Source: Leidyana gryllorum EB-2025a (Eukaryota > Protista > Apicomplexa). From it: 43,501 nt of DNA. Each line of letters starts with the position of its first letter. Within the stretch, counting starts at the first letter, position 1. Of this stretch, positions 9,097 to 19,416 are shown piece after piece. The notes beneath the pieces were generated by a model that was not told where the DNA came from, did no database searches, and was given only the letters and a program-made list of their open reading frames with translations. The translations under genes were made by a program, and so were the position numbers. The stretch spans positions 1 to 43,501 of the forward strand of contig JBLWGC010000074.1 of the NCBI GenBank assembly GCA_048772705.1, written 5' to 3'.

Positions 9097-9168
9097 GGGC
9101 TGTTCTGGGAATCGAACCCAGGACTTCTTCCACCCGAAGGAAGAATCATACCACTAGACCAAACAGCC
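9097..9168 (-). tRNA. trnP: tRNA-Pro(CGG)
   Basis: CTTCC-TTCGGGT-GGAAG, C73. Confidence 0.92.
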
Positions 9169-9288
9169 ACCTTGTCGGTGGTTCAACCCGCTGGGTACAG
9201 TCGAGAGACTCGTCTCACTATGTGAGGCTGGTGGGTACCAAAGCCACTTTAGATGTCAGGCTATCGGGTTTTGTGTCCTTGTTTTCCT

Positions 9289-9361
9289 GCCGCCCTAGCT
9301 CAGTCGGTAGAGCGCAAGACTCTTAATCTTGCAGTCGCGGGTTCGAGCCCCGCGGGCGGTG
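9289..9361 (+). tRNA. trnK: tRNA-Lys(CTT)
   Basis: Intact. Confidence 0.92.
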
Positions 9362-9413
9362 TGGATCTATATCCCCTGGAAGTAAGAATGGAACTGTTGC
9401 CTGCAAGCACACT

Positions 9414-9486
9414 CTCCACTGCCGGGACTTGGAGCCGGATCGTGCGGGTGAGAGCCGCATATCCTAGCCACTTAGACTACAGTGGA
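9414..9486 (-). pseudogene. trnE: tRNA-Glu(CTC), T arm mutated
   Basis: Loop CTCTCAC, B box damaged. Confidence 0.7.
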
Positions 9487-9604
9487 CAACTCCCTCAGCT
9501 GCAGCTTTAGCCGAGAGCCGTACCCTCTTGACAAGACGTGATTGCAGAATCCTGCGGTAGAATAAGGGAGGATCTCTATACTAACCTCTGAAACATTGTA
9601 GCTG

Positions 9605-9677
9605 GGTCTTGTAGCTCAGTCGGCAGAGCGTGTGGCTGTTAACCACAAAGTCGCAGGTTCGAAACCTGCCAGGACCG
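9605..9677 (+). tRNA. trnN: tRNA-Asn(GTT)
   Basis: TGTGG-CTGTTAA-CCACA, G73. Confidence 0.92.
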
Positions 9678-9864
9678 GGTTATGCGGCACCGTACTCTCT
9701 AGACGGCATTTGTGCTCTTGGAACCCCTTTCCAAGCTCGTCGACTTAGCCGAAATGCGATTCTCTAGATGTTAGTTGCCGTGACTGCCCTACCGAGGTGG
9801 ACTAACGAGGTGGCTGTGTTGGTTCTGAGGGCAACTTGTCCCGTCGGGTGACCGACGACCAAGA

Positions 9865-9936
9865 GGGCTGTTCTGGGAATCGAACCCAGGACTCCTTCCA
9901 CCCTAAGGAAGGATCATACCACTAGACCAAACAGCC
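9865..9936 (-). tRNA. trnP: tRNA-Pro(AGG)
   Basis: CTTCC-TTAGGGT-GGAAG. Confidence 0.92.
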
Positions 9937-10212
9937 GACTGATCGGTGGTGCAAATTGCTGGTAGAGTCGGGAGACTGGTCATAACATGTCAAGAATCAC
10001 TAAATGCTATGGGGTGTGCAGGGTTACAGGCTGGCAAAGTCAGGCGCCACATTGAGGCCGACCGCCTGCATACTCAGACCTTGAGCACTCGGGCCAGTTG
10101 CCATCTGTCGAGCTCGGCATTTTGCGGCCAGCGGCTTCACATACGGTTTGGCAAGACTGGCTCGCACATGCGGTGGGTCACTCATCTTCACCGCGCTCCA
10201 TGACTTTCTCGC

Positions 10213-10283
10213 GCGTAGGAAGCTCAGTTAGAGAGCGCTAGACAAGACTTGGAAGTTCCGTGTTCGATCCGCCGGCGAGGCAA
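10213..10283 (+). pseudogene. trnF: tRNA-Phe pseudogene
   Basis: Decayed copy of 30485-30557 including its 3' flank. Confidence 0.6.
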
Positions 10284-10436
10284 AGAGGTCGTCACATCGA
10301 GTATCAGAATGCGCCGCGTCCGTGCCGCCCCGAGGTTGCCAGCGACATGTCTTACTCGCTCCACTTCGGTAGGGCAGTCAGGGCAACTAACCTCTCGAGA
10401 ATCGCATTTCGGCTACCTCTGACATGTTGCAGACTA

Positions 10437-10508
10437 AGCAGTGTAGCTCAGTGGAAGAGTGTTGGGCTCATAACCCAAAGGTCCGTCGATCGAAACGACG
10501 CACTGCTA
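10437..10508 (+). tRNA. trnM: initiator tRNA-Met(CAT)
   Basis: Intact, iMet hallmarks. Confidence 0.93.
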
Positions 10509-10555
10509 AGTGTGCGCAGAAGGGAACAGTTGTAGGATAGATCGGCTCGTGAGCA

Positions 10556-10627
10556 AGCCTTCTGCCGGAATCGAACCGGCGACCTTTCGCTTACTAAGCG
10601 AATGCTCTGCCCCTAAGCTAAGAAGGC
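10556..10627 (-). tRNA. trnT: tRNA-Thr(AGT)
   Basis: Intact. Confidence 0.92.
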
Positions 10628-10703
10628 AATGCAAGCCGGGAATCACGCATCAGTCCCTATTTACGCAAGTTATCAGAGCACTTTGATCGAGTACTCTAAT
10701 GAC

Positions 10704-10776
10704 TTCCACTGCCGGGACTTGAACCCGGATCGTGCGGGTGAAAGCCGCATATCCTAGCCACTTAGACTACAGTGGA
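10704..10776 (-). tRNA. trnE: tRNA-Glu(TTC)
   Basis: Intact. Confidence 0.92.
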
Positions 10777-10939
10777 CAAGTGCTGGAGTTTAGGCTTCGG
10801 CCGAGAGCCGAACCGTCTCGGAAAGATTCCACAAGACTTTTGAAGGGAGAACCGCGGGTTCGGGCGGCGCGAGCAGTCCTAGTAAAGCTTGCTGAACCGT
10901 ATGTGAAGCCACTGGCCGCAAAATGCCAAGTTCGACAAC

Positions 10940-11021
10940 GGCAACTTGCCCGAGTGGTTAAGGGGGTAGACTAGAAATCTACTGGGCCGGGCCCGCGCTG
11001 GTTCAAATCCAGCAGTTGTCG
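10940..11021 (+). tRNA. trnS: tRNA-Ser(AGA)
   Basis: Intact. Confidence 0.92.
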
Positions 11022-11087
11022 TGCCATGTGGTTGGAGGGTTAAACACCAACTCATTTCTGAATGTGGAAAAGCAACCATGTGTCCTC

Positions 11088-11158
11088 TGCATCTGCCGGG
11101 AATCGAACCCGGGTCGTCTCGATGGCAACGAGACATTCTACCACTGGACCACAGATGC
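11088..11158 (-). tRNA. trnG: tRNA-Gly(GCC)
   Basis: One D-arm variant. Confidence 0.88.
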
Positions 11159-11330
11159 GTCACACCTTGTTGTTGAAGCTCGTACACGGTAACGGCCGTT
11201 TTCTGAACGAATGGAATGTCCGTGGCGTGTTCAAAGCGTCCGAGATAGCATAGTGGTTACTATTTTCGAATGTCACGCCTAAGAAGCGGGCCGATTGCCG
11301 GTAAATGAGTCTGGAACGGGGGATGGTTTT

Positions 11331-11398
11331 GGGCCTATGGCGCAACGGTAGCGCGTCTGACTCCCAGAAGGTTGGGTGTTCGAATCACTGTGGGCTCA
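11331..11398 (+). pseudogene. trnW: tRNA-Trp pseudogene (4-nt deletion)
   Basis: Same lesion as 367-434. Confidence 0.85.
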
Positions 11399-11434
11399 AC
11401 CGGACTCTATGTTTTTCCCGTTTGGGGCGCAACC

Positions 11435-11514
11435 TGACAAAAGTGGGATTCGAACCCACGACCTTTCGGACTCCGGTCTGAGCACAGCGCCTCAGACCAC
11501 TCGGTCACCTTGCC
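11435..11514 (-). tRNA. trnL: tRNA-Leu(CAG) variant
   Basis: Same family as 251-330. Confidence 0.65.
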
Positions 11515-11607
11515 GGGATGTTGTTGGCTCGCCGCTCCACGCGTTTTCTATCCCTGGAATCTCAAGATGAAGGACTTTTGGGGTTTCAGGCCGGTGTGTT
11601 CGGAGCG

Positions 11608-11679
11608 TCCGAGATAGTATAGTGGTTAGTATTTCCGCCTGTCACGCGGAAGACCCGGGTTCGATTCCCGGTCTCGGAG
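11608..11679 (+). tRNA. trnD: tRNA-Asp(GTC)
   Basis: Intact. Confidence 0.93.
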
Positions 11680-11813
11680 CACAGTTGATCTCGCTTAAGA
11701 ATCATACCACTAGACCAAACAGCCCCCTGTCGGTCGTGCAACGCGGTGAGCACAGTCGCGAGAGTGGTCATACGATGTTGAGAATCAACAAAATGCGACG
11801 GGGTCTGCACAAA

Positions 11814-11886
11814 GGGCGACTAGCTCAAATGGTAGAGCGCTCGCTTAGCATGCGAGAGGTACTGGGATCAATGCCCAGGTCGTCCA
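11814..11886 (+). tRNA. trnA: tRNA-Ala(AGC)
   Basis: G3:U70, CTCGC-TTAGCAT-GCGAG. Confidence 0.9.
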
Positions 11887-12167
11887 AACTTCGTAGTCTG
11901 CAAGTGCCGCTTTTTTACTACAGAGTTGAAAGCTTTCAAGTGTGCCCTTTACTCTTGGCTAGACTCGGGCACCGCAGTATGTGTGAAGGTTGCCTCAGAG
12001 CCCGGATTTCCGAGTTTGCATTTTACAATCACACACTCTGCCGACTAAGATACCAGAGTCAGTTACAATATTTCAAAGGTCAGTAGAGAGACGCGTGTTG
12101 CATGTGTCCAGTTGAGGGAGCGCTAGCCCGGATGGCTCTACCAACTCTTTTTTGGGAAGGACTGATC

Positions 12168-12239
12168 GGTTACTTGGTGTAGTGGTTAGCACTGGGCACT
12201 CTAAATCTCCCGACCTAGGTTCGATTCCCGGAGCAACCT
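12168..12239 (+). pseudogene. tRNA-Gln body with CTA (amber) anticodon, three stem mismatches
   Basis: GGGCA-CTCTAAA-TCTCC; anticodon at 12201-12203. Confidence 0.75.
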
Positions 12240-12302
12240 CAAAACTAGTCCTCACTTTTTCGTGAAACCTCGCTACTTCTCTTGGTCTGCGGGACCTTCG
12301 CC

Positions 12303-12375
12303 GCAGCCATGATCTAGTGGTCACCACGTTTGCTTAACACGCAGAAGGTCCCGAGTTCGATCCTCGGTGGCTGTA
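12303..12375 (+). pseudogene. trnV: tRNA-Val(AAC), D arm degenerate
   Basis: Loop TTAACAC. Confidence 0.7.
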
Positions 12376-12748
12376 GCTCGCAACTTTCAGCGACACCCAA
12401 ATGAGACAATCTTAAGCGCAATCAACTGTGCTCTGAAACCAAGCATCGAATCCGGGTATTCCGCGTGACAGGCGGAAATACTGACCAGACTTTTGGGGTT
12501 GAAGTCCGGCGCGTTGACGAGCGTCCGAGATGAAATAGTTCTTTCTCGAGACTTCACGGGCACAAAACATGCCATGTGGCGAGCCAAGAACACGGCGGCA
12601 AGATGGCCGGGTGGTCTGAAGCGCTGTGTTCAGGCCGCAGTTCTAAATCGCGTGGGCTCTAATCTCACGCTTGTCATGCATACTATGTCAAAAACCACGG
12701 AATGCTATGACGTCTGCACAGCGGGCGACTAGCTCAACGCTGGATTGT

Positions 12749-12819
12749 GCATCTGTGGTCTAGTGGTAGAATGTCTCGTTGCCACCGAGACGACCCAGGT
12801 TCGATTCCCGACAGACGCA
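12749..12819 (+). pseudogene. trnG: tRNA-Gly(GCC), degenerate
   Basis: T-stem and acceptor mismatches. Confidence 0.7.
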
Positions 12820-12963
12820 GGAGGCACGCCTCAAACCGCCGTGGCAAATTAACAGAAACGCTAACAAGCTTGGTCGGCACGAGGCCGGGGCATTCTGACA
12901 CTTGATGTAACAACCCCCTGACATAGAATCGAATGTGAGTTACGCGGTGGCACGGCGGTGATC

Positions 12964-13037
12964 GCTCCCCTAGCTCAGCTGGTTAGAGCATCGGCCTTAT
13001 GTGCCGAAGGTCGAGGGTTCGATCCCCTCGGGGAGCA
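12964..13037 (+). tRNA. trnI: tRNA-Ile(TAT), intronless
   Basis: TCGGC-CTTATGT-GCCGA, all stems pair. Confidence 0.9.
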
Positions 13038-13178
13038 AATCCGCCCGATGACAGCCGAACGCGACCGCCGAGTACTCCAGCATTTGACACCTATGAGTGC
13101 CCTAGCCGGGCAGGCCGACCAGGAGGCTGTTTGGTCTGAAGGTATGATTTTTCCTCGCTTAAAAGAACATTGCAACTG

Positions 13179-13251
13179 GGTCTTGTAGCTCAGTCGGCAA
13201 AGCGTGTAGCTGTTTACCACAAAGTCGCAGTTTCGAAGCCTAGCAGTGCCG
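13179..13251 (+). pseudogene. trnN: tRNA-Asn pseudogene
   Basis: Degenerate Asn body. Confidence 0.7.
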
Positions 13252-13326
13252 GAGCTGCGATATGCCACGCCCTCTTAGAGGTGCAACTCTGTATTTGACT
13301 ACCAGCAGGTGCCGCCCTACTAAGTT

Positions 13327-13399
13327 TGGACGACCTGGGTATCGATCCCAGTACCTCTCGCATGCAAAGCGAGCGCTCTACCATCTGAGCTAGCCGCCC
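13327..13399 (-). tRNA. trnA: tRNA-Ala(TGC)
   Basis: G3:U70, loop TTTGCAT. Confidence 0.9.
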
Positions 13400-13596
13400 A
13401 TCCGCTCTACATGGAAAACCTTCTGCATCCAGTGGCTGACCGAGTGCCGATACAACGGCTGACAAGAGTGGCATTCGAACCCACCACTCGGCCATCTTGC
13501 CGGAGTGTTCTTGGCTCGCCACTTTACACGTTTTCTGTTCGTGAAGTCTCGAGAAGGGAGGACTTTTGGGGTTGAAGGCCGGTGTGTTTGTGAGCC

Positions 13597-13668
13597 ACCG
13601 AGATAGTATGGTGGTTAGTATTTCCGCCTGTCACGCGGAAGACCCGGATTCGATTCCCGGTCTCGGAG
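13597..13668 (+). pseudogene. trnD: tRNA-Asp, degenerate
   Basis: Substitutions at position 1, D loop and T stem. Confidence 0.7.
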
Positions 13669-14087
13669 ATAGATAGTCTTCCGCTCTAGATTGCGTGGTG
13701 CTTGCCTGAACGATGCGTGTTACAGCCACCGAGGATTGAACTCGGGACTTTCTGCGTGTTAAGCAGACGTCGTGACTGCTAGATGGCTGCACGGAGCTTC
13801 CGGACTGCCGAAGGGGCGTGTGTCTCTGGAAACGCGTATCCGATGAGCCTGGTTCATATGTACCGGCCTGTACCGGCCTAAGTTGGACGGCCTGGAGTAG
13901 TTAAGACCCTTCGTTCTGTATTCAGGAATGGAGGTGTCACGCATCTGTGGTTTAGTGGTAGACTGTGTCGTTGCCGCCTAGACGACCCAGGTTCGATTCC
14001 CGCAGATGCAGAGAAGATGGCAGATGGTTGATTGAGGCACCATTCTGGGGTTTCAAGCTTGTTGTCTGCCCCTCCAATCACATCGAA

Positions 14088-14169
14088 CGACAACTGCTGG
14101 ATTTGAACCAGCGCGGGCCAGGCCCAGTAGATTTCAAGTCTACCCCCTTAACCACTCGGGCAAGTTGCC
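14088..14169 (-). tRNA. trnS: tRNA-Ser(TGA)
   Basis: Intact. Confidence 0.92.
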
Positions 14170-14520
14170 ACCTGTCGAATTCGACATGCCGCGAGGAGTG
14201 ACCAAATGCCCCCATGTTCAGCCTGTCCTGCGGCATTGATAGGTGTCTAAACTGACCTCTCGCGTGCCAAGTCACCGCTCTACCACTTGAGATAGCCGCC
14301 CACCCGCCAAACCTAGGTGAACTTCCCATCTGAGACCGACTCACAGTTCTCTGGCGCCTCATTCGTCAGTGCAACTGTTGTGACTCGTCCACAGTAGTCG
14401 AAATGGCTAGAATATGCGGCTTTCACCCGCACGATCCGGGTTCAAGTCCCGGCAGCAGAAATCCAGCAGAGTGTGCTTGTAGGCAACGGTTCCATTCTTA
14501 CATCCAGGGATATAGATCCA

Positions 14521-14593
14521 CACCGCCCGCGGGGCTCGAACCCGCGACTGCAAGATTAAGAGTCTTGCGCTCTACCGACTGAGCTAGGGCGGC
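14521..14593 (-). tRNA. trnK: tRNA-Lys(CTT)
   Basis: Intact. Confidence 0.92.
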
Positions 14594-14853
14594 AGGAAAG
14601 CAAGGACACAAAACCCGATAGCCTGACATCTAAAGTGGCTTTGGTACCCACCAGCCTCACTTGAAGATTGGATTGTCCGGGTCGTCTAGTGCTTACAACA
14701 GCAAAGTTGTGGCCCGAATCCTGGCTTGGATAGTATGTCCCCGTTGTCTCGAATGGGAGATGTAGGTGAAGTCTGTCCAAACCCACGATCGGGCGTAGCT
14801 GCCCATGTCCTCTCTTGATCGCTACACACTTCCATTTGACGGCTCCGTTAGTC

Positions 14854-14926
14854 GGCGCTATGGCCTAATGGATATGGCATCGGTCTACGGAACCGGGGAT
14901 TCTGGGTTCGAGTCCCAGTAGCGTCT
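14854..14926 (+). tRNA. trnR: tRNA-Arg(ACG)
   Basis: Intact. Confidence 0.92.
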
Positions 14927-15264
14927 GGGCGAATGGCCGGGTTGCAGCCTCGCCTGTTGAGTCAACAACTCAGATCCTGTCTTGGCTGTCAGGGACAGTG
15001 TGCGGGATGGGTCGAGGTGCCGTGTTGGGTCAACAACTATCAGACGGCCTGTTCTGGATATTAAACCAGGACTTCTTCCACCCGAAACAAGTGCATACCA
15101 CTAGACCAAACAGCCGCCTATCGGTGGTGCAAGCCGCCGATAGAGGTGGTTTAGGAAGTGAGCACCCCCGGACGACTTCTTCGGGGCTGGAGGCCGATAC
15201 ACCGCACCCAGACGACAGTCGCAACGGAAGCCGTTTGCACGCTGAAACTCAGAAGGGAAGTAAC

Positions 15265-15348
15265 GCACAGATGCCCGAGTGGTCTAAGGGGCCAGACTCA
15301 AGTTCTGGTAGGCGCAAGTCTGCATGGGTTCGAATCCCATTCTGTGCA
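15265..15348 (+). tRNA. trnL: tRNA-Leu(CAA), intronless
   Basis: CCAGA-CTCAAGT-TCTGG, long variable arm. Confidence 0.92.
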
Positions 15349-15761
15349 ACGGCGATCATTACCAAAAATAGGCTGGAAAAGGCCACAGTAGATTCGAGTC
15401 TCCATCCGTATATCCGGTTGCATGCACCCAAGTATTTGGCTGTTGTTCTGGATCCTTCCTTGGGGTGGAAGGAGTCCTGGGTTCGATTCCCAGAACAGCC
15501 CTCTTGGTCGTTGGTTGACCCGACGGGACAAGTTGCCCTCAGAACCAACACAGCATTTCATTAGCCCACTTCGGTAGGGCAGTCAGGGCAACTAACATCT
15601 CGAGAATTGCATTTCGGCTATTTCTTCCATGTTGCAGACTGAGCAGTGTAGCTCAGTGAAAAGTGTTGAGCTCATAATCCAAAGGTCCGTCGATCGAAAC
15701 GACGCACTGCTAAGTGTGCGCAGAAGGGGAACCGTTATAGAATAGATTGCCTCGCGAGCAT

Positions 15762-15833
15762 AGCCTTCTGCCGGAATCGAACCGGCGACCTTTCGCTTAC
15801 TAAGCGAATGCTCTGCCCCTAAGCTAAGAAGGC
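15762..15833 (-). tRNA. trnT: tRNA-Thr(AGT)
   Basis: Intact. Confidence 0.92.
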
Positions 15834-15909
15834 AATGCAAGCCGAAGATCACGAGTCAGTCACTATTGACGGAGATTACTGGAGCACTTTGCTCGAATGA
15901 TCCAATGAC

Positions 15910-15982
15910 TTCCACTGTCAGGACTTGAACCCGGATCGTGCGGGTGAAAGCCGCATATCCCAGCCACTTAGACTACAGTGGA
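15910..15982 (-). pseudogene. trnE: tRNA-Glu(TTC), T-stem mutated
   Basis: Glu body. Confidence 0.65.
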
Positions 15983-16121
15983 CAACTCCCTTAGCTGCAG
16001 CTTTAGCCAAGAGCTGTACCCTCTTGACAAGACGTGATTGCAGAATCCTGCGCTAGAAAAAGGAGGATCGGAGGGTCCAGCACCAACTCACGCATAAAAC
16101 TCAACCATGTGCTATGTCCTC

Positions 16122-16192
16122 TGCATCTGCCGGGAATCGAACCCGGGTCGTCTCGATGGCAACGAGACATTCTACCACTAGACCACAGATGC
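16122..16192 (-). tRNA. trnG: tRNA-Gly(GCC)
   Basis: Intact. Confidence 0.92.
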
Positions 16193-16288
16193 GTAACACC
16201 TTGTTGTTAGAGCTCGTAAACAATAACGGCCGTTTTGCTGCGAATGAGAAGACAGGGGCAAGTTGAGCGAGTATAAGAGGCGCCTCGT

Positions 16289-16360
16289 GGGTACGTAACT
16301 CGGTAGTAGAGCAGCTGACTGCACATGAGCAAGTCCGTGGTTCAACTCCGCGCGTGCCCT
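16289..16360 (+). pseudogene. trnC: tRNA-Cys(GCA) pseudogene
   Basis: D-arm and anticodon-stem lesions. Confidence 0.75.
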
Positions 16361-16528
16361 GAAGATGACCTGAAGGTTTGAGAATGTTGAAAATCCATCC
16401 CTGCCCACATACCAATGAGCCTGGAAGTCGGTGGACAATTTTGGGTCTATTGCGCAACGGTAGCGCGCCTAATTCCAGATCGGAAGGTGGCAATATTATG
16501 AGTTAGTCGGCGGTGCCGATTCCGACCG

Positions 16529-16600
16529 TGGGAGTGTGAGAGGATCGATTTCTCGACTTCAGGATTATGAGACTTACGCGCTACCGAATGTTCTACACAG
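16529..16600 (-). pseudogene. trnM: elongator tRNA-Met pseudogene
   Basis: Decayed copy of 35404-35476. Confidence 0.65.
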
Positions 16601-16866
16601 AAGGTTGCACCGGAATGTTCTTTCGACAGCACACGCGCCTGGTTAGCGCGAAGTCAGAACTCATTAAACTCACTCTCTGACCAACTGAAATACGGGACAG
16701 CTTCAGATTTGAACAGTCCCTAGACTAAAGAGCCGACTAATGTGCTCAGAGCGCAGCCCTTCGTCCGCCCCGCCAAACAGTCAAGTCACAGCGAAATACT
16801 GCAATCGAGTAGGGACTGTACCTACATCACTGAGAGACGTGGCATGTTCATCAACAACCATCAGAC

Positions 16867-16938
16867 GGGCTGTTCGGGGAATCGAACCCAGGACTTCTTC
16901 CACCCGAAGGAAGAATCATACCACTAGACCAAACAGAC
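16867..16938 (-). pseudogene. trnP: tRNA-Pro(CGG), stem mismatches
   Basis: Pro body. Confidence 0.7.
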
Positions 16939-17361
16939 GCCTGTCGGTCGTGCAACCCGCTGAGGACAATTGAGATAGTGGTCATACTATGTTGAGAGCC
17001 ACCAAATGCGATGGGGTGTTCACAAGGGGCGACTAGCTCAAATGGTAGTGCTCGCTTAGCATGCGAGGCGTACTGGGCCAGGTCGTCCAAACTCCGTAGT
17101 GCTGCAACTGCCGGTATTTGACCCCAGAGTTGAGAGCTTTTAAGGGCGCCTCGTAGCCCTTCTTATAGAGGTTGGCACCGCCCTATGTGTGGAGGCTGCC
17201 CCAGAGCCCGGATCTCCGAATTTGTATTTGACAACCACACGCTCTGCCGACTAAGACTGCCAATATTTCAGAGAGTGGTGGAGAGACTCCTGTTGCATGT
17301 GTCCAGTTGAGGGAGGGCTAGTCCGGATGGCTTTACCAACTCTTTTGGGAAGGACTGAATG

Positions 17362-17433
17362 GGTTGCGTGGAGTAGTGGTTAGCACTGGAGATTCTGAAT
17401 CTCCTGACCTGGGTTCGATTCCCGGCGCGACCT
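17362..17433 (+). tRNA. trnQ: tRNA-Gln(CTG), D-stem variant
   Basis: Loop TTCTGAA. Confidence 0.7.
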
Positions 17434-17527
17434 CTAGTGGTCACGACGTCTGCTTCACACGCAGAAGCTCCCGACTTCAATCCTCGGAACCAGGGGAGAC
17501 AATCTTAAGCGAAACCAACTAAGTGTG

Positions 17528-17599
17528 CTCCGAGACCGGGAATCGAACCCGGGTCTTCCGCGTGACAGGCGGAAATACTGACCACTATACTATCTCGGA
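17528..17599 (-). tRNA. trnD: tRNA-Asp(GTC)
   Basis: Intact. Confidence 0.92.
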
Positions 17600-17784
17600 C
17601 GCTCCGGCCTTCAACCCCAGAAGTCCTTCCATTTTGAGATTCCAAGTACAGAAAACGCGTGGAACGGCGAGCCTAAAACATTCCGGCAAGATGGCCTAGT
17701 GGTCTAAAACGCTGTGTTCAGGCCGCAGTCCGAAAGGGCTAGGATCTGGGGTTGAGCCTTTCGAACCCCGGAGCAGTTGGACGG

Positions 17785-17864
17785 CCGGGGGTAGCTCAGT
17801 TGGTAGAGCATCTGACTGTAGTGCTGGCATCAGATAGTCGGCGGTTCGATTCCGTCCCACCGGA
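17785..17864 (+). tRNA. trnY: tRNA-Tyr(GTA) with 7-nt intron (17822-17828)
   Basis: TCTGA-CTGTAG[TGCTGGC]A-TCAGA; C1-G72, A73. Confidence 0.88.
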
Positions 17865-18172
17865 AGTAGAGGGTCATCGGCAAACTACTACTCAACCTGA
17901 TGAGCGTTGATAGGCCAACTGGACTACTCCGACGGGAATTCCATCTATGTAGTTCGGATGGGCTGGGAATCGATCCCAGAACCCTTCGTATACTAAGCCA
18001 CCTTTTCATCATTGGGCTAGCCTCCCTCTATGCCTACCTCATGGCATTGAGTGATACTTCACATAGTGATACGAGTCTCTCGACTGTACCCAGCGGGTTG
18101 AACCATTTGGTCTAGCGGGTTCGATTCCCAGCCCGTCTAATAGTTGTTGACGCTACACGGCACCATTCGCCC

Positions 18173-18245
18173 AGACGCTACTGTGACTCGAACCCAGAAT
18201 CCCCGGTTCCGTAGACCGATGCCATATCCATTAGGCCATAGCGCC
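18173..18245 (-). tRNA. trnR: tRNA-Arg(ACG), T-stem mismatch
   Basis: Arg body. Confidence 0.75.
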
Positions 18246-18955
18246 GACTAACGGAGCCGTCAAATGGAAGTGTGTAGCGATCAAGAGAGAGTTCCATTAG
18301 AGACACCGGAGACATATGGGCCGAGCCGGGAATCGAGCCTGGCTTCGCACGGCCACAGCTTGCTGTCCCAACCACTAGACGACTCGGATAATCTGCAAGT
18401 AGCTATCAAGGCAGTGGGGCATCAATCAGGATGAAATGTAACAGGAGCGTTAGATGCTCTCCAAATGAGCTACTACAGGTCGTCCAAATTCTGTGAGGCT
18501 ACAGGCCGGTTCATAAGAACCAGGCTCATCGGATACGTGATTCGAAAGACATACGCCCCTTTCACGAAGCTATGGTCTAGTGGTTACGACGTCTGCTTAA
18601 CACGCAGAAGGTCCGAGGTGAATCTTTGGCGGCTGTAGCTCCCAACTTTCAGCGAGAACCAAAGGAGAGAATCTCAAGCGAAACCAACTGTGCTTCGAGA
18701 CCGGGAATCGAACCCGGGTCTTCCGCGTGACAGGCGGAGACACTAACCACTATACTGACTCGGACGCTCCAAACACGCCGGCCTCCAATCCCAGAAGTCT
18801 TTCTATTTCGGCTCACGGACAAAAAACGCGTGGAGCGACGAACCAACAAGACTGGGGCAAGATGGCCGAGTGGTCTAAGGCGCTGTGTTCAGGCCGCTGT
18901 CTGAAAGGGCGAGGATCTGCGGTTGAGCCTTTCGAACCCCGGAGCAGTTGGACGG

Positions 18956-19035
18956 CCGGGGGTAGCTCAGTTGGTAGAGCATCTGACTGTAGTGCTGGCA
19001 TCAGATAGTCGGCGGTTCGATTCCGTCCCACCGGA
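18956..19035 (+). tRNA. trnY: tRNA-Tyr(GTA) with 7-nt intron
   Basis: Same as 17785-17864. Confidence 0.88.
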
Positions 19036-19343
19036 AGTAGAGGGTCATCGGCAAACTACTACTCAACCTGATGAGCGTTGATAGGCCAACTAGACTACTC
19101 CGACGGGAATTCCATCTATGTAGTTCGGATGGGCTGGGAATCGATCCCAGAACCCTTCGTATACTCAGCCACCTTTTCATCATTGGGCCAGCCTCCCTCT
19201 ATGCCTACCTCATGGCATTGAGTGATAATTCACATAGTGATACGAGTCTCTCGACTGTACCCAGCGGGTTGAACCATTTGGTCTAGCGGGTTCGATTCCC
19301 AGCCCATCTGATAGTTGTTGACGCCACACGGCACCATTCGCCC

Positions 19344-19416
19344 AGACGCTACTGGGACTCGAACCCAGAATCCCCGGTTCCGTAGACCGATGCCATATCC
19401 ATTAGGCCCTAGCGCC
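19344..19416 (-). tRNA. trnR: tRNA-Arg(ACG), one 5' substitution
   Basis: Arg body. Confidence 0.7.

Larger units (their letters stand above)
8459..9522. repeat. ~1.06-kb block, inverted copy at ~26085-27149
   Basis: Mirror ORFs 8514-8858/26750-27094 and 9021-9326/26282-26587. Confidence 0.9.
10830..12430. repeat. ~1.6-kb block, inverted copy at ~31435-33030
   Basis: Mirror ORFs 11622-12086/31781-32245. Confidence 0.9.
13600..14990. repeat. ~1.4-kb block, diverged inverted copy at ~23400-24795
   Basis: Asp-Val-Gly-Ser-Glu-Lys-His-Arg order mirrored with shared spacers. Confidence 0.85.
17685..18288. repeat. ~0.6-kb block, direct copy at ~18855-19459
   Basis: ORFs 17830/19001 and 17900/19071, offset 1171. 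Confidence 0.9.

Noticed and set aside
12964-13037. Intronless Ile(TAT) with G37 as a novelty
   Set aside because: As I recall, intronless Ile-UAU genes with G37 occur in other eukaryotes such as plants
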